Shown one piece after another: positions 1 to 10,228 of a stretch of 64,000 nt of DNA. The stretch is from the NCBI GenBank assembly GCA_963693365.1, contig CAVNZM010000006.1:4319264-4383263 (forward strand), written 5' to 3'. Within the stretch, counting starts at the first letter, position 1. Every line of letters starts with the position of its first letter. Source of the stretch: Amoebidium appalachense. Taxonomy: Eukaryota > Protista > Ichthyosporea. Both the position numbers and the translations under genes were made by a program. Under the pieces are notes generated by a model. That model saw only the letters and a list, made by a program, of their open reading frames with translations. It was not told the DNA's origin and did no database searches.

Positions 1-60
1 CCACTTCTACTCGCCCGTGCTCAAAAGACTGGATATGCCACTGCCCCGTCTGGGGGATAT

Positions 61-927
61 TTATTGCGAAGAGGAGACGGAGGCCAGCGAGGATGACGCG
101 GCCGGTGACTGAGGGGCCGGCCCGGGGGGGCTGGGAGCTGCGGGCGGGCCGGGGGGGCTGTGGGGCTCCTCGTCGGGGTCGCAGTCGGGGGTGAGGTAGC
201 GGTCCAGGGTGTCCTCGAGCGCTCGCTGCACGGCCGCCCAGGCGCCCTCGTCGTAGTGCAGGGTCTCGGTGTCGAGCTCACCGCACAGGCACTGGATGAA
301 CTCGCAACTCTTAAGCCCTGTGATGGCAAAGTAGCCCATGACCTGGATGCGGTCGTAGATGGGGATGTGGAACTTGTTGACGCGGTTCTTGACCTCGACG
401 ATGCGCCCGAGCTCGTCGCACACGCCGTCCAGGCGGCCCCCGATCTGGTAGCGCACTCCGCCACGCGTGGTGAAGGGCTTGGAGACACGGAACACGGTGT
501 TGCGCTCGGTCAGCTTCTTGCCGGTCAGCCGCTCGTACTCGTCCATGACGGGGTCCTCGCCCGTGAGCCCGCGGGTCTTGAAGATGACGCCCCTGGCCAG
601 CTCCCTGTCGGCGGGGTCGTCGATGGACGAGAGCGCATCGTCGATCAGCATCTTGAGCTCGTCGGCGGACTCGGCCTTGGCCATCTTCACGAGCCCGTTC
701 TCCAGCACGTCGGCATGGCGCTTGCGGCAGAGGAACTCGGCCTTGCGGGCCGCAGCCTCGCCGAGACGGGCATTGCGCAGGCGCGAGCGAAGGTGGGGGA
801 AGGACGAGTAGACAATCTGTTCGTTGTGGCAGAGCAGGGCGTTCACGGCATCGGCGACTTCACGATACTTGTGGCGACCAGCGAGGGCAGCGAGCTCAGT
901 GCAGTAGATGGTCAGAATTCTGGACAT
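61..927 (-). CDS. YqaJ-like viral recombinase / lambda-exonuclease-family nuclease
   Basis: Motifs ELAALAG, G..GE, IGGRLDG...IVEVKNR, YDRIQVMGY. Start at M32 of the ORF (927), downstream of the TATA motif at 981-990. Confidence 0.8.
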   Translation of the reverse strand: MSRILTIYCTELAALAGRHKYREVADAVNALLCHNEQIVYSSFPHLRSRLRNARLGEAAARKAEFLCRKRHADVLENGLVKMAKAESADELKMLIDDALSSIDDPADRELARGVIFKTRGLTGEDPVMDEYERLTGKKLTERNTVFRVSKPFTTRGGVRYQIGGRLDGVCDELGRIVEVKNRVNKFHIPIYDRIQVMGYFAITGLKSCEFIQCLCGELDTETLHYDEGAWAAVQRALEDTLDRYLTPDCDPDEEPHSPPGPPAAPSPPGPAPQSPAASSSLASVSSSQ

Positions 928-980
928 GCCTACAGGTAGCTGAGAAAATAAAAAGTGAGGGGGTTTGGTCACCGCGCGGC

Positions 981-990
981 CTTTTATACC
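981..990 (-). promoter_or_regulatory. TATA-box motif GGTATAAAAG
   Basis: Exact motif upstream of ATG 927; recurs before many genes. Confidence 0.7.
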
Positions 991-1076
991 CTTGAACGTG
1001 CAACCCAGTCGCCAAAACAAGAAAAAAATCGACCGCGCTTCATCGCGGCAGTCGCATCACCTCTGACTCCCGCGAA

Positions 1077-1086
1077 GGTATAAAAG
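1077..1086 (+). promoter_or_regulatory. TATA-box motif GGTATAAAAG
   Basis: Exact motif about 40 bp upstream of ATG 1125. Confidence 0.7.
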
Positions 1087-1124
1087 CCGGCACACACCCA
1101 TACAACCATCACATCTGCAGCAAC

Positions 1125-2840
1125 ATGTCTCTCTCTCAAACCTTTCCTTCTCTTGCCCGCGAGTGGCACCCAAGCAAGAATGCCCCGCTGTCGGCGTCGT
1201 CCGTGGGGGCAAAGTCGAACAAGAAGGTGTGGTGGCTCTGCGGCACACCGGGCTGCAACACCGAGTGGGAGGCCTACGTGTTTGCGCGGATCAAGCAGGA
1301 GCCAGGCTGCGTCGCGTGCCGCAAGAAGGCCGACCCCAAGAAGTACTTTACCAAGAAGCTCGATGCCGACAAGACCTTTGCGGCGCTCTTCCCCGACATT
1401 TCCGCAGAATGGCACTTTGAGAAGAACACCCCCATCACCCCCTCCGACATCGGCAAGGCAAGCAACGTCTTCTGGTGGAAATGTTCCAGTCCCGGTTGTG
1501 ATGTCGAGTGGCAGGCGAGCCCCTCGAACCGCACGAAGAACGGACCTGGCTGCCCGGCATGCAAGCGCAAGGGGATAAGCATGCGCGTGAAGACGGATGA
1601 GACACTCCGAGCGAAGTTCCCGGCCATCGCCGCCGAGTGGCATCCCACGAAGAATGGTGAGGCCACGCCGGACAGCGTGCACCACGGCAAGAAGATGAAG
1701 GTCTGGTGGGTGTGCACGAACGGTCACGAGTGGGAGAACTGGATTCACAACCGCACACGACTCGGCAACGCCTGCCCCAACTGTGCCAGCAACAAGAGGG
1801 CTCGCGCGCTCGGGCCTGACGAAGTCGAGACGCCGGCCACCAAACGCCCGCGCAAAGAACTGCCCAAGAACGACGAGGAGTACGCCGAGAAGCGACACGC
1901 CAACCTTGAACGACGAAGCGCCCACGGCACCGAGATAGGTGCAGTAGGAAAGAAGTGGGTGATGGGCATGTTCAGAGAGGCTGGTCTGACCATTATGCCG
2001 ACAAGGGAAAGTTGTGGCGCAGATTTCCTTTGGGTGACGGAGCCTGGTGACGAACCCCGTGGCTTTGCAGTGACGGTTAAAACCAGCACCCGACGGGACG
2101 ATTCCGGGTTTGCATTTATGCGATGCAACAAATACCCAGGCGGAGTAGTTGCGTGCGTTGGGGACGACGGCAGGACACGGCGGCTGTGGATATTTGCTGG
2201 AAACGAATCGGTCATGAATGCATCGGGGCAAATTACCATCGGGCAAGGGGGGCGGACTAGATTCGCGGACCGCGAAGTCGCGTCTGTCGAGGAGCTGAGG
2301 ACAACACTTGACAGACTGGAAGAGAACCTCCAATTACAAACATTCGTTCAAGTCAACACACCAAAGGGAGCAAAGCAGATGCGGGAGATCGAGACACAAG
2401 CAGCGATTGAGAAAGTACTCGAGACAAAGTTTGTGTATCCGGAAGTACACGAGCACAACGCCAGATTCGATATGTATTGGAAAACCCGACGAGTACAGGC
2501 CAAGACAGCCTTGGATATGGGCACATATTGGCAGTTCGCTCTAGCCACTTACACAGGTGGCCACAGAAAGAAGACCTGTTACACCGTTGGTGATTTCGAC
2601 GTGCTTATGGTGTTTCTCCCTGGGGAGTTTGTGTCAAAGGTTTTATTTGTCCCCACTGTCGTCCTACGCGACATGGGCCTGGTGGCAGAGGCACACGGAC
2701 CCAAAGCCGCTCCATGTATAGTTCTTTACAAAGATGGCTCCGGCAAGTACGGCGGGTTGTCGCGGTTCGTTTTTGCATTGGTTGATGGTCTTGAGAAAAA
2801 TCTCACATCGGTTGTCATGCAAAGTGAAACTAGTGTGTAA
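1125..2840 (+). CDS. Zinc-ribbon repeat protein (3 x EWHPxKN...WWxC...CxxC) with C-terminal PD-(D/E)XK-like nuclease region
   Basis: Three repeats like LAREWHPSKN...KKVWWLC...GCVAC, typical of giant-virus treble-clef Zn ribbons. C-terminal ADF...VTVKT and FD...VQAKT motifs. Confidence 0.75.
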   Translation: MSLSQTFPSLAREWHPSKNAPLSASSVGAKSNKKVWWLCGTPGCNTEWEAYVFARIKQEPGCVACRKKADPKKYFTKKLDADKTFAALFPDISAEWHFEKNTPITPSDIGKASNVFWWKCSSPGCDVEWQASPSNRTKNGPGCPACKRKGISMRVKTDETLRAKFPAIAAEWHPTKNGEATPDSVHHGKKMKVWWVCTNGHEWENWIHNRTRLGNACPNCASNKRARALGPDEVETPATKRPRKELPKNDEEYAEKRHANLERRSAHGTEIGAVGKKWVMGMFREAGLTIMPTRESCGADFLWVTEPGDEPRGFAVTVKTSTRRDDSGFAFMRCNKYPGGVVACVGDDGRTRRLWIFAGNESVMNASGQITIGQGGRTRFADREVASVEELRTTLDRLEENLQLQTFVQVNTPKGAKQMREIETQAAIEKVLETKFVYPEVHEHNARFDMYWKTRRVQAKTALDMGTYWQFALATYTGGHRKKTCYTVGDFDVLMVFLPGEFVSKVLFVPTVVLRDMGLVAEAHGPKAAPCIVLYKDGSGKYGGLSRFVFALVDGLEKNLTSVVMQSETSV

Positions 2841-2847
2841 GATCGAT

Positions 2848-3003
2848 GGATATCACACGAATGTTATCAATAAAGATCGACATATGTACCAATTGCATGG
2901 AGAGTCCACACACCACAACATCACCCGGAGATCACACGAATGTTATCAATAAGGATCGACATATGTACCAATTGCATGGCGAGTCCATACACCACAACAT
3001 CAT
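2848..3003. repeat. Two tandem copies of a 79-bp AT-rich unit between convergent genes
   Basis: atcacacgaatgttatcaataa...caccacaacatca starts at 2852 and 2931. Confidence 0.9.
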
Positions 3004-3037
3004 TCGTGTATACACAAGAATAGATTAGTATGGGTGC

Positions 3038-4336
3038 TCAACTAAAGCGCAGACTGAGCATCCCACCACTGATGCTCACTAGGTTGTGACCTCTGGCATA
3101 TACCCAGAAGTCCACGGTGCCGCTGAGGGACTCGTGAAGCTCCAGGTTCAGGTCAATCGTGTCGATGCGGGAGAAGTTCGTGCTGCCTGTGGGCTGGATG
3201 GAGTCTTCGGGCTGGAGGGCATAGGGGATCATGAACATCTTGAGGGTAGGGGCACGGGTGTGGTACTTCTGGACCAGCACCTTGTGCGAGAACAGCCCGC
3301 TGTAGTTGTACTGCATGCCGGTGTTGTTGTACTTGACGTCGATCTTCTGGATGGGTAGGTACAGCGGGTTGTTGGGGCTCTTGCCAGGCGAGGCAAAGTT
3401 GAAGAAGTCGTTCTTGCCGGGCTCGTTGTTGCGTGTGCGGGGCTGGCACACGATGAGCAGCTCCTTGACGGGGAAGCCGAAGTTGAGCTGCTGCGTGAGG
3501 GTAGCCTTCTCGTTGGGCCTGTTGTTGACGTTGGAGCTGAACATCTTCTCCTGCCACAGGTCCACGAGGTAGTCGTGGCGCTGGGCCTGGGCCCACATGG
3601 CACGTTCCTGCTCGTCCACGAAGATGTACTCGACGATGATGCTGCTGTCGGAAATCTTGCCACCATGAGCGTCGTTGGTGGAGCTGGAGGGCTTCTGGTC
3701 GCCGACGTCGTTGATGAGGTCACGCAGGGGCTTGGTGTCGATGTCGATGCGCACGGTGTGGAACTGCAGGGCGACAATGGGCAGGGCAGCACCATACCTC
3801 CTGTTGAACCAGAACTGCAGGGGAAAGAAGTACTCCATCTCGTGGTTGGCCCACTCGCGCAGCTGGCTCACATGATCGGCCTTGCCAATGGCGATGCCCA
3901 GCCCCTTGCCAGGGGGTGTCTCGATGTCCTCGAGCAGGGCGAGAAGGCGGCCCACGTGCTGGTCGATGCGGTATGTCCCCACGTTCAGCTCGATGCGGTT
4001 GAAGAGGGCAAAGGGCAGCATGTTGACAAAGTGGGCGTCGTAGGGAAGGGGGCCAATCGAGCCGTTGGAGACGGCGTTGGGTGGCCCACGCTTAAGAGCG
4101 CCTACCTTGAAGTGGATCCAAAGGTCCTTGATGAGGTCTCCGGAACGACTAATCTCGCAGTTGCAGCCGGTGGCGCCGTAGTCCAGGGCGGTCTGGAAGT
4201 TGACCCTAAAGAACTCAATGGAGAAGTTGCTGATCTGCGCATACTTGCTGCGGAACAGGGTCTTGGTGGGTTTGAAGGTCAGAACGGAATCCTGAACGCC
4301 CTTGGACACCAGCTGCACAATCGCCGAGCTAGACAT
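3038..4336 (-). CDS. MCP: NCLDV major capsid protein (double jelly-roll)
   Basis: MSSSAIVQLVSKGVQD...FRSKY..ISNFSIE, SRSGDLI, FFPLQFWFNR..GAALPIVALQFH, FGFPVKEL, YALQPED..QPTGSTNFSRID, NLVSISGGM. Confidence 0.96.
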   Translation of the reverse strand: MSSSAIVQLVSKGVQDSVLTFKPTKTLFRSKYAQISNFSIEFFRVNFQTALDYGATGCNCEISRSGDLIKDLWIHFKVGALKRGPPNAVSNGSIGPLPYDAHFVNMLPFALFNRIELNVGTYRIDQHVGRLLALLEDIETPPGKGLGIAIGKADHVSQLREWANHEMEYFFPLQFWFNRRYGAALPIVALQFHTVRIDIDTKPLRDLINDVGDQKPSSSTNDAHGGKISDSSIIVEYIFVDEQERAMWAQAQRHDYLVDLWQEKMFSSNVNNRPNEKATLTQQLNFGFPVKELLIVCQPRTRNNEPGKNDFFNFASPGKSPNNPLYLPIQKIDVKYNNTGMQYNYSGLFSHKVLVQKYHTRAPTLKMFMIPYALQPEDSIQPTGSTNFSRIDTIDLNLELHESLSGTVDFWVYARGHNLVSISGGMLSLRFS

Positions 4337-4424
4337 GTTTAATAGACGCGCACATAATATTGCGCTCTCGTGGGTCTGGATGCATATCGTACCATCAAAC
4401 AGACTTTTTGCGGCCAACAGCAGG

Positions 4425-5240
4425 ATGCCCTACGCAACGTTCGAGGCCCTGTACAACGACTTCGGCGGCCCGGCCCGTCGGCTGCAGATACTCGCCACGG
4501 ACCGCTACGCGAGGGATTTCGACATCCCTGAGCCCGTGGTGCAGGACTGCGCGCTGCTGCTTGCGCACGCGATCGACGAGTTCACGGAACAGCTGGCCCA
4601 CGAGGCGCCGCTGCCGCTGTCTGCCCTCGGGATCGTCGACATGGCGCACTACATCTGGGGACTGCTCGAGACGGCCGAAGTCAAGAAGTTCCCGTTCAGC
4701 AAGGCGCTGCGCGTGGCCGAGGACGTGTACCAGCGCACGAGGCTGGCATGCATGTCGTCCACGGCGGCGGACTTCAACCGTACGGTCGTGGACGCATGCG
4801 GCACGCCCGCCACGGTGGTGACGGACATCAGCAGGTACTCGCGCTTCTACGAGCTGCCGCTGGCGGACGTGGCCACAATCAACAGGTGGCTTGTGACAAC
4901 CAAGCGACAGCTGGCAAGCGACCCGATGAAGGTACTGGATGTCCCCAAGCCCATCCAGCGCATGCGCCCGCGCACCCGCTGCGTGAAGCGGGAGGAGGCG
5001 CAGAGCCGGCGCATGGAGCTGCACGAGGACCTGTTCCAGCGCTGGCGCAACACCGTCTACAAGCCGGACAACATGGTGGCCATGCCGACCCACGAGGTGG
5101 ACAAGAATACCCTGCTGGCCGTGCACCACCGGCGGCTCACCGGGCAGCACGTCGAAAAGTTTGTGTCGGGGACGGCGGTGGACATCCGGGGAAAACCGGC
5201 CCCCGGCAAAAGCGCCATGTTTTTCGCGGCAGTGGACTGA
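4425..5240 (+). CDS. Hypothetical protein, 'AEDxYxR' paralog family member 1
   Basis: Strong GC3 bias; shares VAEDVYQRxR and EDLxxRWR motifs with 5270-6076 and 10945-11771. Confidence 0.75.
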   Translation: MPYATFEALYNDFGGPARRLQILATDRYARDFDIPEPVVQDCALLLAHAIDEFTEQLAHEAPLPLSALGIVDMAHYIWGLLETAEVKKFPFSKALRVAEDVYQRTRLACMSSTAADFNRTVVDACGTPATVVTDISRYSRFYELPLADVATINRWLVTTKRQLASDPMKVLDVPKPIQRMRPRTRCVKREEAQSRRMELHEDLFQRWRNTVYKPDNMVAMPTHEVDKNTLLAVHHRRLTGQHVEKFVSGTAVDIRGKPAPGKSAMFFAAVD

Positions 5241-5269
5241 CGTGGCCATTTTATGGATGAGACATGTAA

Positions 5270-6076
5270 ATGGTGCTTATAGGACAAGCTGACTCCGCCG
5301 ACTTTAACGCCAAGGTAAAGGACGTTGTCGACAAGCTACCGCTGCGGCACCTGCAGATCGTCAACGCCAAAACTTATGCCCGGCGCTTCAACATAGACGT
5401 AGACACGGCCCAGGCGCTTGGGGTGTACGTGCGTCTCAACATCGACCATTTTCTCCTGGGAATACAGAACAACCAGGCGCCGCAACTCAGTGCGCTCGGC
5501 ATTCCGATTCTTGCCGTGCAGGTCCTTCCTAACACAACCGAGCCAACCACAAGAGTGACTGACGCCATCAGGGTTGCCGAAGACATCTACCAGAGGCTGA
5601 GACGGGTGGTGACAAACGACTCCAGCCCAGACTTCAACCTCATGACCGTGGACGACTGCGGGCAGCCGCGCATGTACATCACCAGGGTCGAGGAGTTCAT
5701 GCGCACATACTCGGTCGCCTTCAACTGCGTGACCACTATCAACAAGCACCTATCGAACATCTCGAAGCTAAAGACGGCTACCGCCACTGCCGCAACCCTA
5801 ATCCCATGCTTCATCAACGGCGATCTCTTCAAGGTAACCACATGCCCCGGCCCAGTGTGCGCTGAAGTCAAGATGTTGGGCCGTCTTCAACTGTATGAAG
5901 ACCTCTACAGCCGCTGGCGCAACGTGGTCATCGGCACCAGCACGCTGGCTGTGACCACGTCGAACCTCACCATGCAGGGCGACACATTGGCCGCATTGTA
6001 CTATCGCAACCTGGACAAGGCCCGCCGGGAGGCCAAACCGTGCATGCAGTCGGCAAATATCTGCCTGGGGCGCTGA
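5270..6076 (+). CDS. Hypothetical protein, 'AEDxYxR' paralog family member 2
   Basis: VAEDIYQRLR...DFN...DDCGQP...EDLYSRWRNVV aligns with member 1. Confidence 0.75.
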   Translation: MVLIGQADSADFNAKVKDVVDKLPLRHLQIVNAKTYARRFNIDVDTAQALGVYVRLNIDHFLLGIQNNQAPQLSALGIPILAVQVLPNTTEPTTRVTDAIRVAEDIYQRLRRVVTNDSSPDFNLMTVDDCGQPRMYITRVEEFMRTYSVAFNCVTTINKHLSNISKLKTATATAATLIPCFINGDLFKVTTCPGPVCAEVKMLGRLQLYEDLYSRWRNVVIGTSTLAVTTSNLTMQGDTLAALYYRNLDKARREAKPCMQSANICLGR

Positions 6077-6104
6077 TCGCTCCATTTATTCGGGGCCATA
6101 CCCA

Positions 6105-6491
6105 ATGGCGAAAATGAACGTGCGAAACTACTCGAAGGGGTCCGCTGAACCGCCCACCCCAAAGGCATCCAAGCGTAAGCCCCCCACAAAGACACGGCGC
6201 TGCGGGCCGGCGACCTCCCGTGTCAAGGGCGTGTGCATGCCGGCGCGGCTCGACCAGCTTGACGGCAAGGATGGCGGGGCACGATCGCATTTGCCCAAGA
6301 ACTATTCGGGTGAGGTCAGCACAGCAAGCAGCAACCTGATGGACAAGCTATTCACCACCACAGCTAATTGCCAGGCGCTCGCCACCCATCTTGCAGCAAC
6401 CAGTAATGCGACCGCCTGGGGAGTGGACAAGCTGGCAACCATCCTTGACGGCACGGCTCAGCGTACCCGGACCACCATGTTCCTGCAATAA
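6105..6491 (+). CDS. Basic K/R-rich protein with CGP...C motif (paralog of 10229-10921)
   Basis: Basic N-terminus, CGPATSRVKGVC; stop codon overlaps AATAAA. Confidence 0.65.
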   Translation: MAKMNVRNYSKGSAEPPTPKASKRKPPTKTRRCGPATSRVKGVCMPARLDQLDGKDGGARSHLPKNYSGEVSTASSNLMDKLFTTTANCQALATHLAATSNATAWGVDKLATILDGTAQRTRTTMFLQ

Positions 6492-6680
6492 AGCATACGC
6501 GCCGTCCTGTATTTCACGTCCGACTTGCCAGCCAGATACAGGTGAACCTACCACCTTTTCCTAAACTTGCCAACATGACCACGGGTCATGAAAGGAGCTA
6601 GGCTAGTGGCGGTCATGCGGTTACAAAAGAAATATCATTGTAGCAGTAGCCCGCATGCAAACGTTATGTCCATACAAGTA

Positions 6681-7061
6681 ATGTCTCGACCCAACCTCAA
6701 ATCGCGATGCTGGGGCCCGCACTTCTGGAAAGTCATCCATGCTGTGACCCTGGGCTACCCGGACAACCCCACACCGCGCGTCAAGGAGCAGTACGAAGGC
6801 TTCTTCAACTCGTTGGTGAACGTTCTTCCATGCCGGGCGTGCCGTGGACACTTTGCCAAACTCATACGGCACTCCAGATGCAAGCTTGGCCGGCGTATCC
6901 TGCGGAACAGGAATGCGCTGTCCAAATGGGGCGTGAGGGTTCACAACGCCGTGAACCAGCGCAAGAAGAAGCCGGCGGTGCGGCCCAGCGAGGCCCTGAA
7001 ACCCTACGAGGCCTGGATGGTCAAGCCACGCCCTGGTTCGCAGCCCAGTGCCGAACGATAG
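6681..7061 (+). CDS. ERV1/ALR-family thiol oxidoreductase (poxvirus E10R-like)
   Basis: WGPHFWKVIH...YP..P, LPCRACRGHF (CxxC), HNAVNQR. Confidence 0.93.
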   Translation: MSRPNLKSRCWGPHFWKVIHAVTLGYPDNPTPRVKEQYEGFFNSLVNVLPCRACRGHFAKLIRHSRCKLGRRILRNRNALSKWGVRVHNAVNQRKKKPAVRPSEALKPYEAWMVKPRPGSQPSAER

Positions 7062-7726
7062 TGGCCAGGTGCTGGATGTATGCGCCGGGATGCATATCGT
7101 TCTTTGTGTAGTTGCAGGTCTTGCAGCAGGGCACGCTGTTGCTCTCGGTGTACCCCACGGCCGGATACAGCCGGTCGACGCCGTTGGACTGGTCCAGGCC
7201 GCAGTAGAAGCATGGCTCCCTGCGAATGGCGTCAAACTGCTTTCGCGTGAGCGTGAACACGGACGAAGGGCAGCGCCGGCCATTCTCTGTGTCGCAGCGC
7301 TTTCGGGCGCTGCACCTGTACGTGTTGTAGTTTGTGCTGTATGCGCGCGATGACGGGGGGCTGCCTGTACGCCCTGCGAGTGGCAAGGGCCTTTGCGAGC
7401 CGCTTGACGCCAGCAGCCGAGCGCCCCAGCCCGCGTTTGACCAGCGGGCAGTGCAACAGCGTGTGTGCGGCGAGGGCGGCGAGCTGCGTGGTGCGCAGGC
7501 CGTGGCGGATCCGGTGGCAGACGGTGCACACGGGACGCACGTTCCCGTGGACGTAGCCGCGCTTGTAGAGGCACAGTGCCACGTTACGGTGGGTCCGCTC
7601 GGCCTCGGCGCGGTTGCACACCTGGCACGGCCGCTTGAACAATTCCGCCAGGGTGGTGGGCGACAACTCGATGGGCAGCTTCTTGTTGGCGGCGTTGGCC
7701 CTAAGACTGGCCACAAACTGCTCCAT
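7021..7726 (-). CDS. Tandem His-Me/HNH-like Zn-binding endonuclease; +1 frameshift in the G-run near 7355
   Basis: Two repeats in adjacent frames: PCQVC...GYVHGNVRPVCTVCH and PCFYCG...NGVDR...GYTESNSVPCCKTCN, joined at a homopolymer. Confidence 0.75.
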
Positions 7727-7744
7727 GTTAAACCCAACAATAAA

Positions 7745-8047
7745 TCAACCGGTGACGAACACACGCGGCCCATCTGTTGCGACCACCACTCCCAGCGGGG
7801 CGCACAAACCCGCCACCCAGGACGCGTACTCGGGCGTGGCGTGCAGCAGCAGCAGCCGCGGCATACCCCCTCCCCGTGCGCGCTCAAGGATGCCCAGCAG
7901 TCCCGGCACCCAGCTGTGCACGTACCCCGGCCCCACGGCGGCCTCGATGCCCAGCCGTACACAGGAGGCCCTTAGGAGCGTCCACTTGCGCATGGGGAGC
8001 ACAAACATGCCGCAGGGGATGATGTGGTCGACATGCCTTGCCTCCAT
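7745..8047 (-). CDS. Hypothetical protein
   Basis: ORF fills the gap between neighbours; coding-like codon usage. Confidence 0.4.
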   Translation of the reverse strand: MEARHVDHIIPCGMFVLPMRKWTLLRASCVRLGIEAAVGPGYVHSWVPGLLGILERARGGGMPRLLLLHATPEYASWVAGLCAPLGVVVATDGPRVFVTG

Positions 8048-8115
8048 TTGCGGGAGCCGGGGGGGGTCGCGGGTATAAATACCCTCGACGCCACCACACC
8101 CGGCCAGTCTCGACA

Positions 8116-8367
8116 ATGGTGGCCTACGACGAATTCGAACTTCTGGCCTACCTCGGCACCCCTGTGCCAAGTGAAACGGAGTCGGAGGACGAGAGGGAGC
8201 CCCTGCCGCCCCCCCTTGATCAAGAGTTTGAGCTGTTGGTGCACATCTTCCAGGAAATCAAGTACCGATCGGCCACCACCGGCCTGTTTGACCGACTCAC
8301 CCTCAAGCATTTCTACACACTGGCCCACAACACGTCAAGCTGCTTCACGTCGGCACGTTTGCGGTGA
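8116..8367 (+). CDS. Small hypothetical protein
   Basis: GGGTATAAAT at 8071 upstream; coding-like GC3. Confidence 0.6.
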   Translation: MVAYDEFELLAYLGTPVPSETESEDEREPLPPPLDQEFELLVHIFQEIKYRSATTGLFDRLTLKHFYTLAHNTSSCFTSARLR

Positions 8368-8890
8368 GGCTGTCGAGGATGCTGAAACACAGCTGACCGA
8401 GTTTGGCCGGGTCCCGGTTCTCAAGCAGGGCGCGGGCGTCATCGTCGGTCATGTTTGAGGTGGCGGCCTTCGCGATGTTGAAGATGTTCGACATGGTGGC
8501 CGGGTCGAGTGGCGGGAGCTGGCCGGCATGGTCCAGGACCTGCGTGGACGGGACTGGTGCAGCTGTCGCACCACTGTACACGACCAGGCGCTCGACATAC
8601 TCGACTACGGCAGCCTTGGTAATGGGGTGCATGCGAGTCCATGCCGCGTGCAGCCCCATCTGTTGGAGTGGAGAGTGGTCGCCCTCAAGAAACGACCAGT
8701 CCTTGGCGGCGACCTGCGGCATGAACGGCGCTATCTGAGCCGCAAAGACCTGAGGGGGCATGTCCGGGCTGACTTCAGCTGTGGAGGCCGCGATGGACCT
8801 TGCCTGGGCGATCTCCGGAAGGTCGGGGAACGCGGTCTGGAGCTTGGCGCAAAGCTCATCGAGGCATGCATTAAACGAGGCAGCTTCCAT
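8345..8890 (-). CDS. Conserved NCLDV-type hypothetical protein
   Basis: Pattern FN..L.EL...L...FP...F...I.PF...V..KD..F...W......K..V.EY...L, recognised from widespread giant-virus proteins. Confidence 0.65.
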   Translation of the reverse strand: MEAASFNACLDELCAKLQTAFPDLPEIAQARSIAASTAEVSPDMPPQVFAAQIAPFMPQVAAKDWSFLEGDHSPLQQMGLHAAWTRMHPITKAAVVEYVERLVVYSGATAAPVPSTQVLDHAGQLPPLDPATMSNIFNIAKAATSNMTDDDARALLENRDPAKLGQLCFSILDSLTANVPT

Positions 8891-8955
8891 TAGCAATGCC
8901 ATACAAAAAAAGGGCGCAGGGGATGTTGAGAAAAAATGATCAGCCCGTCATACAG

Positions 8956-9168
8956 ATGGCAACAACACGCAGACGACACCACCGGCGGCGCGGCGCGTCA
9001 GTACCGGGAGAAAACAAGGCGCTTGCGCTTCTGACCAACCAGATCCAAGAGACTAGTCCCGGATGTATGCCCCGGGGGTTTGCGAGAACCATCGCGGCTG
9101 CAAAGCTCGGCAACATGCGGCGTCACATTCGCCGACGACTGTGCGAGGCGTGGCGCAGCAAGTGGTAG
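8956..9168 (+). CDS. Small Arg-rich basic protein
   Basis: MATTRRRHHRRRG...; fills an intergenic gap. Confidence 0.45.
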   Translation: MATTRRRHHRRRGASVPGENKALALLTNQIQETSPGCMPRGFARTIAAAKLGNMRRHIRRRLCEAWRSKW

Positions 9169-9188
9169 ACACGACAAGACACAAGCAT

Positions 9189-10175
9189 CTACACGGTCAT
9201 GAGACAACGCGGGGTTGTCCGTGTTTTAATAAACGACCAGCCCAGCTTTGCACAGATGGCCTGCCATGTGCGGTCGTGGTCACAGAGTTTGTCTGCAGAC
9301 TTTAGCAGGGGTATGTGGGGTAGATAGGCGCCCCACTGGAGCAGCTCGCAGAACTTGAACAGCAGGTAGTTGACCGAGAGGAAGTTGATTCTGTCATCGC
9401 ACGCGTCCTTGAACACGCCCTGCGTCTGCATGAACATGTCGCGCAGGCGGTCCAGCTGCTCGGGGTTGAACTGCGGGCACTGAATGCCAAATGCGCTCTG
9501 CATGATGCTGGGGATGTTGCGGTAGTAGCGGTTGAGCTTGCGGCTTCTCAGGAGCTTCTTGACATGTGCGTGCGTGATGCGTTCCATGGGGTAGTGCAGC
9601 GTGGCCGCGTCCCTGACAAACTCGATGACGTCAACCGGTATGTCTGTGGTCTCCTTGCCCTGGAAGTGCACGAGCGTCTCGTTGAAATGGTTGAGCGGCT
9701 TGTATACCTGTTGGCGCTGGCTGCGGGGTGGGGGCATCTTGAACACCGACTTGTTGAACTCACAGAACCCGGGCACGGCCTCACCGCACTCGTCGCACAC
9801 GTACATCTCCCTCATCTTGTCCAGCAGGCCGACGCCGCACGCGGGGCAGGGATCGGGCTCGCGGCGGGGAGCACGGTCCTGCACGTCCTCCACATGGGTC
9901 AGGTAGTCGCGATACACCTCCCTCCTCGAATCCCTGTCGCTGCACTCGTAGTGCTTAAGCATGTAGGGCAGGGTGTCGAGAAGGAACTCAACCTCCTCCT
10001 GGACAACAGCGGCGTCGCCGATCCTGCGGCGCTTGGCAAACTCGGCCATGCGCACGTCCACACGCGACTCCATGTCGTTCTGGGCCACGTGCTGCACATA
10101 CTGCTTGTCTGCCTCGCAGCCCTTCTTGGACCGGTAGGGCGCGCGCATCGGGCGCTTGCGCTCGTCCGCTGACAT
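9189..10175 (-). CDS. VLTF3: Viral late transcription factor 3 (VLTF3, poxvirus A2L-like)
   Basis: CPACG...YVCDECG Zn ribbon, YKPLNHFNETL.HFQGKETT.IP, LNRYY, RINFLSVNYLLFKFCELL, LLKS..KL...DRTWQAIC. GGTATATAAG at 10209-10218. Confidence 0.93.
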   Translation of the reverse strand: MSADERKRPMRAPYRSKKGCEADKQYVQHVAQNDMESRVDVRMAEFAKRRRIGDAAVVQEEVEFLLDTLPYMLKHYECSDRDSRREVYRDYLTHVEDVQDRAPRREPDPCPACGVGLLDKMREMYVCDECGEAVPGFCEFNKSVFKMPPPRSQRQQVYKPLNHFNETLVHFQGKETTDIPVDVIEFVRDAATLHYPMERITHAHVKKLLRSRKLNRYYRNIPSIMQSAFGIQCPQFNPEQLDRLRDMFMQTQGVFKDACDDRINFLSVNYLLFKFCELLQWGAYLPHIPLLKSADKLCDHDRTWQAICAKLGWSFIKTRTTPRCLMTV

Positions 10176-10228
10176 GCTAGTTGGCAAGAAAGTGTGCCGC
10201 GGACGCGCCTTATATACCTGTGGGAGCC